A stretch of 64,000 bases of DNA from an uncultured Candidatus Saccharibacteria bacterium (GTDB lineage: Bacteria > Patescibacteriota > Minisyncoccia > Phycocordibacterales > PALSA-1337). Below are positions 29,697-38,992 of the stretch, piece by piece. The notes beneath the pieces are model-generated. The model searched no databases. It was not told where the DNA came from and worked only from the letters and a program-made list of their open reading frames with translations. The translations under genes were made by a program, and so were the position numbers. Position 1 is the first letter of the stretch. Every line of letters begins with the position of its first letter. The stretch is taken from positions 10,248-74,247 of the forward strand of contig CAYIYK010000003.1 of assembly GCA_964367745.1 (NCBI GenBank), written 5' to 3'.

Positions 29697-30680
29697 CTAG
29701 CTAATATGCAGTATTTTTCGTAAAAATGCAAATCTATTTGAATACTTTATTATGTATATTATTTTAACCAAGATTGGTGATAGTGATACGCGCGCTTTAA
29801 GATAAATATTCTTCGGAATTTCTATATCTTTTGATAATGTATCCTTCCTTGCAACCAAACGTATATGGTGGGTATTCAATCCATCTTGTTTTTGCTTCTT
29901 TATTTGTTCTTGCTTTTTACCTTCATCAACATCCATATAGACGATTACGAAACCTGCTTTTTTACACATTAAAGAAAGTGTCTCTGGTGTAAACATATAG
30001 ACATGGTCAATCTGCACTCCAGACTGAAGCTTCCCCATTCTTCTAACTTGATGTCTCCAGTTTTTCACTGCAAGGAAAATATGACCACCTGGTTCCAGTG
30101 CTTCATGTGACCAATTTAGGAATTTCATTGGATCTAAAAGATGGTTCAAACTTTGAACACAAAGAATATTTTTTACTTTATTCTTAATATCCATATTCAC
30201 ATCTTCAAAAAGCCCGCGAATAGTCTTTACGCCTTTTGATTCTGCATAACCCGATTCTTCAAGCGAAGGTTCAATACCTAGCAGTTCTAGATTTTTCCTA
30301 GATTCCCTCATACCAAAAAGGATTCCACCAGTACTTGAACCAACGTCGATAGTAAGTCCGTCTTTTACATATTTACCCATATAACTGACTATAGCCTTAC
30401 CGAATCTTCTAGCATTCTCGAAGTTCTTCTCTAGATCAGAATTGTATTCACGATTCTTTATACTAGCTCTATCTTGTCTATAAAAAGACATATAGTATTC
30501 ATCATAATCTTTTGCAGTCATACGTGGGTTAATAAAGACTAGACTGCACTTCTTACACATTACTGTATTTGCTTTGAGATTGTTTACACTTCTTTTAACA
30601 ATTATTTTAAAATCATTTCCACCACAAAGATTACATGCGATGTATTCTAAATTCTTTTTATTATAATCAAATCCTTCCAT
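29697..30680 (-). CDS. SAM-dependent methyltransferase with an N-terminal CxxC...CxxC zinc ribbon (architecture like NDP-hexose C-methyltransferases of the TylCIII type); paralog 1
   Basis: CNLCGG...CKKCSLVFINPRMT zinc ribbon, then motif I IDVGSSTGGILFG, then IDHVYMFTPETL. It is a clear paralog of the ORFs at 33365-34312 and 34384-35520. Confidence 0.55.
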   Translation of the reverse strand: MEGFDYNKKNLEYIACNLCGGNDFKIIVKRSVNNLKANTVMCKKCSLVFINPRMTAKDYDEYYMSFYRQDRASIKNREYNSDLEKNFENARRFGKAIVSYMGKYVKDGLTIDVGSSTGGILFGMRESRKNLELLGIEPSLEESGYAESKGVKTIRGLFEDVNMDIKNKVKNILCVQSLNHLLDPMKFLNWSHEALEPGGHIFLAVKNWRHQVRRMGKLQSGVQIDHVYMFTPETLSLMCKKAGFVIVYMDVDEGKKQEQIKKQKQDGLNTHHIRLVARKDTLSKDIEIPKNIYLKARVSLSPILVKIIYIIKYSNRFAFLRKILHIS

Positions 30681-30681
30681 T

Positions 30682-32040
30682 TTATTTAATTAAATTAATT
30701 ATATAATCTGCAATTCTCTTTCCTGATAAACCGTCTGTATAACTTGTCTGTTCTTTTACCAAGATCTCTCTTTCTTTACTCTTTACTGATGGATCATCAA
30801 GATATTTATTTATTGAATCCAATAACTCTTGTTTGCTATTAACTAGATCGATAGCACCGGTCTTTAATGCATTCTTATAATGCCAAGTTCTATAGTATTG
30901 TACAGGAGATTTCAATAATTTTGGAATTATATTTATTTCAAAATTTATATTTATTACAGGTTTATTAAAAATACTTGCATCGATACTAATACTTGAAGCA
31001 TAGCAAACCAAAACAGACATATGATAAAGAGTATCCTGCAAATGTTCTAGATCTGCTTTATTCATATCCCAATCTACACCTCTTTTTGTACCAAAACGTA
31101 TACCAGGCTTATCATATTTTAGATCTGGTCTCTTTGATATTTCTTCTTCATCAACAAAGTCATTTGGTTGGAATCGGACCAATAATTCACATTCGTATTT
31201 CAATTCATTTGAGTGAATAGTTTTTTGCAAAAGGTCGATTATATCCCAATCTGCAGAACTGAACGCTCTCCCCATTGGAGCGTATACTATCAATTTCTTA
31301 TCACTTGATATTTTTATTTTATTAAAAAATTCTTCTCTTAAAATAGGTTTCCTTGTGTAGAAGAAATCGTATTGTGGCAGACCGCTGATAAAAATATCTT
31401 CCGATTTCATTTCATTCAAATCAATCATCTCCTTTTTTACGATATCGTTAAAAACTATAGCTTTATCAGGTAATAATCTTAAAATGCATCTTGATGTAAC
31501 TTTGTCCCAAGAGTTTATATAGCCTATCGTTTTTATTTTTCTTTTTTTTGCTTCTCTTAAAAGATTGATTTCTATTTCTTCAAATAGATGTGCGGTGAAA
31601 ACAAGATCTGGTGAATATTTATCAAAATATTCACTATATGTATTGTCTTTTATTAAAATAAAATCCAAATATCGTACGATTCTTCTTATCACAGGCCAAG
31701 CCAAAATATAGTTCGATACTTTACCAAAATAGTATCCGAAAAATCTTCCTTCATATTCACTTACCATTTTCCTTTTTAAATCTGTTGTTTCAGTTCTAAG
31801 TAAAGTGAATTTCATCTTTGAGAAAAACCCATCAAACATTGGTACAGATTTTTGCTCGACAAATTCAAATACTATTCTTGGATCATTGAATTCATTTTTA
31901 TAATAATCAACTTTTTGTTGTGATTTTGTAAATAGAACAATTTTAATATCTTTATTTAAAAGAAGATTTTCCAAAATCGGTGTTCGTAGAATATTTTTTA
32001 CTTCTACACCCTCAAAGATTGTTACAAATATTGTCTTCAT
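30682..32040 (-). CDS. TagF-like / 'HP-motif' GT-B family protein (CDP-alditol-phosphotransferase-like or CMP-sugar-transferase-like); paralog A
   Basis: 452 aa. The shared core with the paralogs is IKTIGYINSWDKVTSR, IVFNDIVK, GLPQYDFFY, LLVRFQPNDF, KPVININ. Here the His of the HP-type motif is replaced (RFQP). Confidence 0.4.
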   Translation of the reverse strand: MKTIFVTIFEGVEVKNILRTPILENLLLNKDIKIVLFTKSQQKVDYYKNEFNDPRIVFEFVEQKSVPMFDGFFSKMKFTLLRTETTDLKRKMVSEYEGRFFGYYFGKVSNYILAWPVIRRIVRYLDFILIKDNTYSEYFDKYSPDLVFTAHLFEEIEINLLREAKKRKIKTIGYINSWDKVTSRCILRLLPDKAIVFNDIVKKEMIDLNEMKSEDIFISGLPQYDFFYTRKPILREEFFNKIKISSDKKLIVYAPMGRAFSSADWDIIDLLQKTIHSNELKYECELLVRFQPNDFVDEEEISKRPDLKYDKPGIRFGTKRGVDWDMNKADLEHLQDTLYHMSVLVCYASSISIDASIFNKPVININFEINIIPKLLKSPVQYYRTWHYKNALKTGAIDLVNSKQELLDSINKYLDDPSVKSKEREILVKEQTSYTDGLSGKRIADYIINLIK

Positions 32041-33365
32041 TTATTTATTGATTCTAGTATTGCATTAAAAAGTCTTTCAGTATTTTTGCCATCCAAAAAT
32101 CCAGTTTCCATCTCTGCTAGTTTCTTTCTTTTATCTTTATCCAGACTAGGATTTTTAACGTATTCTTCTACATAGTCTTTAAATTGACGCATAGATTCAG
32201 CCAGCTTCACACCTCCACTCTCTATTACTGGAATAAAATTGTTATAATCATAATATCTTCTTATACTATCAAAATATTCCCTTTTTTCATGTCCGTCAAA
32301 ACCAAAAAGGATTATTGGTTTATCCATATATGCAGAATCCAAAACTAAAGTTGATGGTGAGCTGATAACCAATTCTGACCAGAACAATGTATGAGCAAGA
32401 TGTATATCATCATCTTTATCGATCTCTGTAATTTTTATATTATCAAATTTAGGTTTTGCTCTGTCATACATAACCTTAATATTTGGAAACTTCGGACTAT
32501 TCTCCAATTCTCTAACATAATCTCCAGGTGGAAGTCTGACTAGAAGTTGATAATCATTTGGTAAAGTCTTATCCAAAATATCTACAATATCTCTGTCTAC
32601 AGTATTTTTTCTCAAATATCGATCACCTAGAGGTATAAATAAAGCCAGCTTTTTATTCTGATCACCACCTATTTTTTCTATAAATTCTTTTCTATTTGTA
32701 AATACATTCTTTTTATAATCATCATAGTGTGGAATTCCGACAATAGATATTATTGATTCATTTATTCCTTGAAGATCTTTTGCTTCATCTTTAATGATAT
32801 TGTTCCAAACAAAAAGTCTATTCGGAATCGTTCGAATGATACCTTTTGAAGTAAGATTGTCCCAAGAACGAACCATACCGATAGTCTTTATACCTGAGGA
32901 ATTACCTTCATTTAAAATCGCTATATCGATTTCGCTTTGAATATCGGTAGCGAATACGCAATCAGGTTTATACTGCTCAAATAATTTATCAAATTTTTTA
33001 TTTTTATAACTTACTCTTTCCAAGAATCTTACGAATTTATGCCCGATTTTATTTGATAATAAATAAGTTAAATACATTCCACTCCCTTTCATCTCTGTCT
33101 TCCTTTTTATATAAAGAGTTTTTGTATTTAATGCTGTTAGCGAAAGATACTTTAATAAATTTTCTCTTTTAGCATTTTTAAATTCTATTCCTTCAACAAC
33201 TACCCCATCTCTTTCAAAACTTTCTTTAAAAAAACTCTCTTTATTTTTTGGAGCAATTATTACAACTTTTATTTCATTCTTAACAAAGAGATCCAAAATT
33301 CCAGATGAAAGAATATTTCTTGATATTAGAGGATGGCAACTAGTTATAAAAATTGTCTTTTTCAT
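32037..33365 (-). CDS. TagF-like / 'HP-motif' GT-B family protein; paralog B
   Basis: 442 aa. IKTIGMVRSWDNLTSKG, FVWNNIIK, GIPHYDDY, LLVRLPPGDY, KPIILFG. The His is also replaced here (RLPP). Confidence 0.4.
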   Translation of the reverse strand: MKKTIFITSCHPLISRNILSSGILDLFVKNEIKVVIIAPKNKESFFKESFERDGVVVEGIEFKNAKRENLLKYLSLTALNTKTLYIKRKTEMKGSGMYLTYLLSNKIGHKFVRFLERVSYKNKKFDKLFEQYKPDCVFATDIQSEIDIAILNEGNSSGIKTIGMVRSWDNLTSKGIIRTIPNRLFVWNNIIKDEAKDLQGINESIISIVGIPHYDDYKKNVFTNRKEFIEKIGGDQNKKLALFIPLGDRYLRKNTVDRDIVDILDKTLPNDYQLLVRLPPGDYVRELENSPKFPNIKVMYDRAKPKFDNIKITEIDKDDDIHLAHTLFWSELVISSPSTLVLDSAYMDKPIILFGFDGHEKREYFDSIRRYYDYNNFIPVIESGGVKLAESMRQFKDYVEEYVKNPSLDKDKRKKLAEMETGFLDGKNTERLFNAILESINK

Positions 33366-34312
33366 TATCTTTTAAGGAATTGCTGTAGACGTACTGTAAG
33401 TAAATATCTTAAATAAATATAATATTTGTTTATTGATAATAAAGTAAAAATATAATTACCCTTACCTATTGTTAAATCCTTGAAGGGGGTTTTATTCAAT
33501 CTTTTAGCCACAATGCGAATATGTACTTTTGGAATTCCCTGCATGACCTTCTTTTTTGTATATTCATTAGCTTCAAAGAAAAGGATTTCGAATCCAGCTG
33601 ATACAATGAAATCTCTCAAAACCTCAGGTGTATACATATAGACATGGTCGATCTTTACACTATTTTCATACTTTCCTGCTTTTTGTAATTGCTGTCGAAA
33701 ATTCATAACTTCAACTACAAGAAGTCCATTATCAAAAAGAGACTCGTGAGCCCATTTGAAAAAATATCTAGGATCCAAATAGTGATTTAAAGCTTGAGTA
33801 CTGACTATAACTGCGAATTTTTCTTTTTTATTATGATCTTCGATTAGAGCATGATAAGTCTTTATTCCTTGAGAATTCGCATAATCTGATTCAATCTTTG
33901 ATGGCTCAAGACCAATTACTTCTCTATTCAAAAATCTTTTCATTCCTTCCAAAACTCCTCCGACACCAGAACCGACTTCCATTATTGAGCCTTTTACTTT
34001 TAGATATGGTGATATAAGCTCACCCAAGAATTTGCCGTGTCCGATGGTTGATTCGAACAATTTCTTACAATCAAAATCTGAACCTGCTTCGCCATTGTTT
34101 ATAGTTTTTTGTCTGTATTCTTCTTCATAATAGAATTTGTAACCAGACTTTGTCATTCTAGGATTTATATAAATAAGCCCGCATTTTTTACAAATAACAG
34201 AATTCAAAGCAAGACCATCAGTGCCTTTTTTTGACAGGATTTTATAATTGTTACTTAAACAGAAACTGCAAGCAATATTCTCCTTTTCAATTGTATTGTA
34301 TGGGAAAGACAT
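33365..34312 (-). CDS. Zn-ribbon SAM-dependent methyltransferase; paralog 2. The likely start is at 34312; the six-frame ORF extends to 34432.
   Basis: CSFCLS...CKKCGLIYINPRMT, then MEVGSGVGGVLEG, then IDHVYMYTPEVL. It is collinear with paralog 1. Confidence 0.55.
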   Translation of the reverse strand: MSFPYNTIEKENIACSFCLSNNYKILSKKGTDGLALNSVICKKCGLIYINPRMTKSGYKFYYEEEYRQKTINNGEAGSDFDCKKLFESTIGHGKFLGELISPYLKVKGSIMEVGSGVGGVLEGMKRFLNREVIGLEPSKIESDYANSQGIKTYHALIEDHNKKEKFAVIVSTQALNHYLDPRYFFKWAHESLFDNGLLVVEVMNFRQQLQKAGKYENSVKIDHVYMYTPEVLRDFIVSAGFEILFFEANEYTKKKVMQGIPKVHIRIVAKRLNKTPFKDLTIGKGNYIFTLLSINKYYIYLRYLLTVRLQQFLKR

Positions 34313-34383
34313 TTTATGATAAACAAGTATATCACAACAAAATATTGCTTCAATTAAGATTAAATTCTGATATACTGTCTCAA

Positions 34384-35520
34384 ATGGAAATAAAAATCGA
34401 TAAGGTCGCAAATCTAAGTGGCTGGAAATCATATACAGTAGACAATACTAATGATTTTATAACTATAAATGATTGCTTGTGTTGCAAAGGAAAACTAAAA
34501 GTTACAATTCGAAATAAAAATCAAACAGACGATACAAAGATTGATATTGGAACTTGTGTAAATTGTGGTTTTACAACCTATATTAATAAACCAAGTCACA
34601 AATGGATTATCGATTTCTACAATTCAACTTGGAATAAAGAAGAGGGTGAAGAGAATAATTTTGTAAATAAAGATCTACAATCTAGCAAACTAACAATAGC
34701 CCTAGAAAAAATAAATTTCCCAAAGAATGGTTCAATATGTGAAATCGGCACAGGAAGAGGCGGTAACTTTGCTGCGCTTATAAATAATGGTTATAACAAT
34801 CTTATTGGTGTAGAGAATTCAATACACAGAGCTGATACAGTGAGTAAAGCTCTAAATGATGTTCCTATATACACAGGAGGTTTTGAAGAAGAAAAAGTAC
34901 AAAATGCTCTAGCGAAACATGGAAGTTTCGATTTGATATACACTGCTCATGTAATGGAACATATTTATAATCCTGAAGAGACTATTGAACTATGTTCAAA
35001 ACTTCAGAATGAAAATGGTCATTTGATAGTCGCTGTGCCGAACTTCGTAGGTGAACCTAGTATAGGTATTTCTTCTTTCCTTCCCCATTTACATTCTTTT
35101 ACAAAAGAATCGATGATAAGACTTTTGAATAATAAAGGGTATCAAGTTATAGATGATAGTTACACTACAGAGTTTGAATTGTTTCTTATTGCTCAAAAGA
35201 AAAGTAATATTAATAAAAAACTAGATAATAAGACTGATTATATAAAACCTGCTCAAGACAAATTTATTAAAGAATTAAAATTGAATGAAATTCCCCTAAA
35301 TCAGTCTGTATTCTATTTTTTCTCTAAGAAAAATTATTCAGTATCTGGATATAAAATACTAAATAAAATATCAATAATAAAAACAATTCAAGCTATGTTT
35401 TTCAAATTCATTCAAAGAAAAAAAGGTTATAGATCTTTCGTATTTACTTTGATGAATAAAGATAAAAATCAACCAATTGTATTGAATTGGAAGAAATCTA
35501 TTATTCTTTTCTATAAATAA
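34384..35520 (+). CDS. Zn-ribbon SAM-dependent methyltransferase; paralog 3, divergent. The likely start is at 34384; the six-frame ORF begins at 34231.
   Basis: CLCCKG...CVNCGFTTYINKPSHKW, then EIGTGRGGNFAALI. The architecture matches paralogs 1 and 2. Confidence 0.5.
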   Translation: MEIKIDKVANLSGWKSYTVDNTNDFITINDCLCCKGKLKVTIRNKNQTDDTKIDIGTCVNCGFTTYINKPSHKWIIDFYNSTWNKEEGEENNFVNKDLQSSKLTIALEKINFPKNGSICEIGTGRGGNFAALINNGYNNLIGVENSIHRADTVSKALNDVPIYTGGFEEEKVQNALAKHGSFDLIYTAHVMEHIYNPEETIELCSKLQNENGHLIVAVPNFVGEPSIGISSFLPHLHSFTKESMIRLLNNKGYQVIDDSYTTEFELFLIAQKKSNINKKLDNKTDYIKPAQDKFIKELKLNEIPLNQSVFYFFSKKNYSVSGYKILNKISIIKTIQAMFFKFIQRKKGYRSFVFTLMNKDKNQPIVLNWKKSIILFYK

Positions 35521-36471
35521 TTAGAAATTATAGAATTTCGGCTCCTTCTTTATCTTATTTGAAACTGCGATTTTAGCTTCATTAGATAGTCCATTTGTAT
35601 CTAGTGATTTCGGATATTTATATAGTATAGGCCAAACAGATGCTGGAGAAGTGTATACACTTGTATACATGAATCTATTACTTGTCTTTGCATGACCGCC
35701 TCTATGCAAACCGCTTGTATCGCAGAATATTATTGTTCCAGCTTTACCTGTACACACAATTTTGTCTTCATTAGGAATTAAGGAATCCTGGCTTGCACTA
35801 CCTCGTGGTGGCTGTTGTGGTGATATATGTCTCCATTTACCGAAGATATGAGACTTTTTAACATAAATAAAAGGGCCAGCATTGTCATCAACATCATTTA
35901 GATAAAGGAACACTTTTACAAGTTGTTGATCTTCAGGATCTCTGTGCCACTCTTGTGATGCGTAACTTCTCATTCCTTCAGGCATAGGTACGGTCACTTG
36001 GAATCTCCAATCAAAAAACTTCATATACATTTTCATATATGCATTCACTGTTCCGAGAATTTGATTACTCAGACTCATTTTGGTGAGAGGATGTTTTAGA
36101 TCCAATATTCTCTCTCCATTCCAAAGATCGATCAAAAAGAAATTCTTACTTTTCAACTTGTCACCATCCAATAGATTACCTCTAGAGTCGTATCTTTCTT
36201 TAACGTCTTTATCATTCCATCGATTCTGTGCAATCTTCTCCAATTCAGCATATACGTGCTTTGGAAAAAGTTTATCGATATGACTTATTGCAATACCGTC
36301 TCTATTTAGATCTTCGACGATTTTCTTCTGTTCATCTGACAATTTATTTTCACTCTTTTTATAAAGTCTAATACTTGAGATATTTAGTAGAGTCCAGACA
36401 AATCGACTTGCTCTGATGCGATGATAAAAACGTGCGATTATACCTATAACACTTTTTATTATTTTCTTCAT
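35521..36471 (-). CDS. Phytanoyl-CoA-dioxygenase (PhyH)-family Fe(II)/2-oxoglutarate oxygenase
   Basis: WHRDPED (HxD) ... GTIIFCDTSGLHRGG (distal His). The size and spacing fit PhyH-like hydroxylases. Confidence 0.55.
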   Translation of the reverse strand: MKKIIKSVIGIIARFYHRIRASRFVWTLLNISSIRLYKKSENKLSDEQKKIVEDLNRDGIAISHIDKLFPKHVYAELEKIAQNRWNDKDVKERYDSRGNLLDGDKLKSKNFFLIDLWNGERILDLKHPLTKMSLSNQILGTVNAYMKMYMKFFDWRFQVTVPMPEGMRSYASQEWHRDPEDQQLVKVFLYLNDVDDNAGPFIYVKKSHIFGKWRHISPQQPPRGSASQDSLIPNEDKIVCTGKAGTIIFCDTSGLHRGGHAKTSNRFMYTSVYTSPASVWPILYKYPKSLDTNGLSNEAKIAVSNKIKKEPKFYNF

Positions 36472-36478
36472 AAATAAA

Positions 36479-37873
36479 TTAAATAATTTTTCCTAAAAAA
36501 TCGACATTTCTCTTATAAGACAAACCGTCTCTAAAGAAAATAAAATCATTGAATACTTTCTCTTGTTGCTTCTTTTTTACATCGTGATTTTTCAAACAAA
36601 TATTAACATGTTCAACGATATTATCGAAACTCTTTGAGAGAAAAACTGCATCAGCATCTACTATAGGTTTATAGTGACGGAAATTGTATGCTCTATGATA
36701 CTTTTCTGGATAATCTATATTTACAACTGGTTTTCCGAAGATAAAAGATTCAAGGGTCATTGTTGAAACGTAGTTTATAACTACATCAGAATATTTTAGA
36801 GTTAATTTTAGATTCAAAATATCATCTTCATGTATTTCAATTCTTGTACCCATTTCTTGTGAAAGTAACTTGCCTGGATATTCAACATGGAGATTTGGAA
36901 TTTTACTATCAATATATACTTTGAACTTATCAAACTCTTCTTTTGGATGCATTCGCACTAGAATATTGGGTTTACCATCGAATTTGCCTTGATCACGAGC
37001 TTTCAATAGTTCACCAAGAAGAATATCTTCATCAGGGTAATTCCCCTTTGTAACTGTAGTTATAAGTATTGTTTTTTCTTTTGGATTCAATCCTTTACTC
37101 AAAAGGAACGCTTCTCTAGACTGTTCACTTGGATTGTTTACAGAATAAGAGTCGAAACGCATTGTACCTGAGACAAATACATTATCTTCTGAATATCCAT
37201 ATTCTTTAACTGCGGTATTTTTTATTATTTTATTCCAAACGATTAGATAATCTGGTCTTCTAAAATGCATTCCTCCATTGTGAAGATTGTCCCAACTGAA
37301 GTTTACTGCAGCAGTCTTTATACCAAACTTCTTAGCATATATTATTGCTTCAGCATCAGGATGACTGAAGCCAGGAGTTGCTGTTAGAAACATAACTGGG
37401 TTGTATTCTTTAATCTTTTCTTCAAGAGCCTTTGATCTTGGTATAAAAATTTTCTCAAGTTTAGTAAATAAATCATTTGTCCAAAAAGATGCAGGGGCAA
37501 TGTAAGAAAAATACTTCAAAAATCTTCTTCTCCAATCCTTCATCCCCTTTTCTTTATTTCTTACAACCACTGGTTCAAAATCGTATTTACGGATTATTGA
37601 ATATCTAAAATATTTACCAAATAGATTCCAAAATCCTGGATTTTGTAATTTCCAAGGAACATAAGTCACATTTTCTGATTTAAAATATGGTTTATTATCT
37701 TCACAAAAAGCTTGTGGGGACATAAATACGACTACTTTGTATTTTGTTGATAAATACTTTATATAATCTGTACGCAAAAAATCTGATGAGTAAACAAAGT
37801 TCGAAATAAAAAGAAATATTGTTTTCATAGAAAGGTATTGTAGCATATATGTTATAATCCTTATTATTACCAC
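36479..37873 (-). CDS. TagF-like / 'HP-motif' GT-B family protein; paralog C. It is the only one of the three that retains the His-Pro motif.
   Basis: 464 aa. IKTAAVNFSWDNLHNGG, IVWNKIIK, LVRMHPKEEF, KPVVNIDYP. Confidence 0.4.
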   Translation of the reverse strand: MVIIRIITYMLQYLSMKTIFLFISNFVYSSDFLRTDYIKYLSTKYKVVVFMSPQAFCEDNKPYFKSENVTYVPWKLQNPGFWNLFGKYFRYSIIRKYDFEPVVVRNKEKGMKDWRRRFLKYFSYIAPASFWTNDLFTKLEKIFIPRSKALEEKIKEYNPVMFLTATPGFSHPDAEAIIYAKKFGIKTAAVNFSWDNLHNGGMHFRRPDYLIVWNKIIKNTAVKEYGYSEDNVFVSGTMRFDSYSVNNPSEQSREAFLLSKGLNPKEKTILITTVTKGNYPDEDILLGELLKARDQGKFDGKPNILVRMHPKEEFDKFKVYIDSKIPNLHVEYPGKLLSQEMGTRIEIHEDDILNLKLTLKYSDVVINYVSTMTLESFIFGKPVVNIDYPEKYHRAYNFRHYKPIVDADAVFLSKSFDNIVEHVNICLKNHDVKKKQQEKVFNDFIFFRDGLSYKRNVDFLGKII

Positions 37874-38992
37874 ATGAAAAAGCCTATTCTGCTACTCTGG
37901 ATAATTTCATCATGGATTCTCTATCCTTTTTTTAGTCTATCTTCAAAAATTAAGAGTAAGAAACTAGGTAAAAAGAAAAGGATACTTGTATTACCTCAGC
38001 TTTCTAGAATTGGGGACATCGTCTGTTCTACAGGCGTATTTTATAACATAAAAAAATCATATCCTGATAGTTATGTATCTGTACTAGTATCAAAGAGAGC
38101 ATTTGGAATTATAAAAAACAATAAAAGAATCGATAATTTTATTATTTATGAAGACTATTCTTTTTTTGGTTTAATAAATAAAATTAAATCAGAGAATTTT
38201 AACTATTCAATAAACCTCACAGCAACATCAATAAATACATGTTTAACACTTTGGAGTTGTATAGATCACAGAATAAAGACTGTGGTAGAAAATCCCCCGA
38301 TTACTGAGAGACTAACTGATTGTATGTCTAATCATCGATTGTTATACAAGAATCATACGTATTTACCGCTTCATCATATAAAGTTGTTGAATTTTATTGG
38401 AATAAATAATCCTGAAGATAAAAAAGAAATCTGGCTAAGTGATACAGCAGAAATAAAAGCGAATGATTTTGTTAAAAATCTTGGAGAAAATAAGAAAATA
38501 ATTGGAATAAGTATAACCGCAGGAAATAAAATAAAAGAACTCGGTGATGAGAGATTTGAAAAATTAATAAATAAACTATTAGAAAATAAAGAAAATATTG
38601 TTTGTTGTATAGGATCAAAAAACGATTCAGAAAGAATAGATAAAATAATATCAAGCGTAAATAATCCTCGTTTCATTAAAGCAACAGATTTTAACTTGGA
38701 AGAGTTACCATCTCTTATGAAAAGATTCTCACTTTATATAGCAGTTGATACAGGCCCTATTTATATCGCACATGCTCTGGGAGTACCTCTAATAGACATA
38801 ATAGGTCCAGTAGATCCGGATGAACAACCACCAAAAGACAGTAAGAGTATACGAATTCTTCCTAGAGGAGATATTAAGCCTAGTTCATTTGTATTTAAGA
38901 GACGTGGAACTCAAGATGAAATCATCTCAGCAATACAAAATACTGATATAAACGATATCTATAAAGCAGCAAGTATACTATTGAGTAAGTAG
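37874..38992 (+). CDS. Glycosyltransferase family 9 (heptosyltransferase-like)
   Basis: KRILVLPQLSRIGDIVCSTGVFYNIKKSYPDSYVSVLV is the GT9 N-terminal signature, and DTGPIYIAHALGVPLIDIIGP is the GT9 C-terminal motif. Confidence 0.65.
   Translation: MKKPILLLWIISSWILYPFFSLSSKIKSKKLGKKKRILVLPQLSRIGDIVCSTGVFYNIKKSYPDSYVSVLVSKRAFGIIKNNKRIDNFIIYEDYSFFGLINKIKSENFNYSINLTATSINTCLTLWSCIDHRIKTVVENPPITERLTDCMSNHRLLYKNHTYLPLHHIKLLNFIGINNPEDKKEIWLSDTAEIKANDFVKNLGENKKIIGISITAGNKIKELGDERFEKLINKLLENKENIVCCIGSKNDSERIDKIISSVNNPRFIKATDFNLEELPSLMKRFSLYIAVDTGPIYIAHALGVPLIDIIGPVDPDEQPPKDSKSIRILPRGDIKPSSFVFKRRGTQDEIISAIQNTDINDIYKAASILLSK

Noticed and set aside
38374-38676. Antisense ORFs of 60-100 aa inside the GT9 gene (38374-38676 and 38472-38654).
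   Set aside because: They are AT-rich shadow ORFs with Phe/Leu/Ile-rich translations, and the GT9 frame has clear family motifs.
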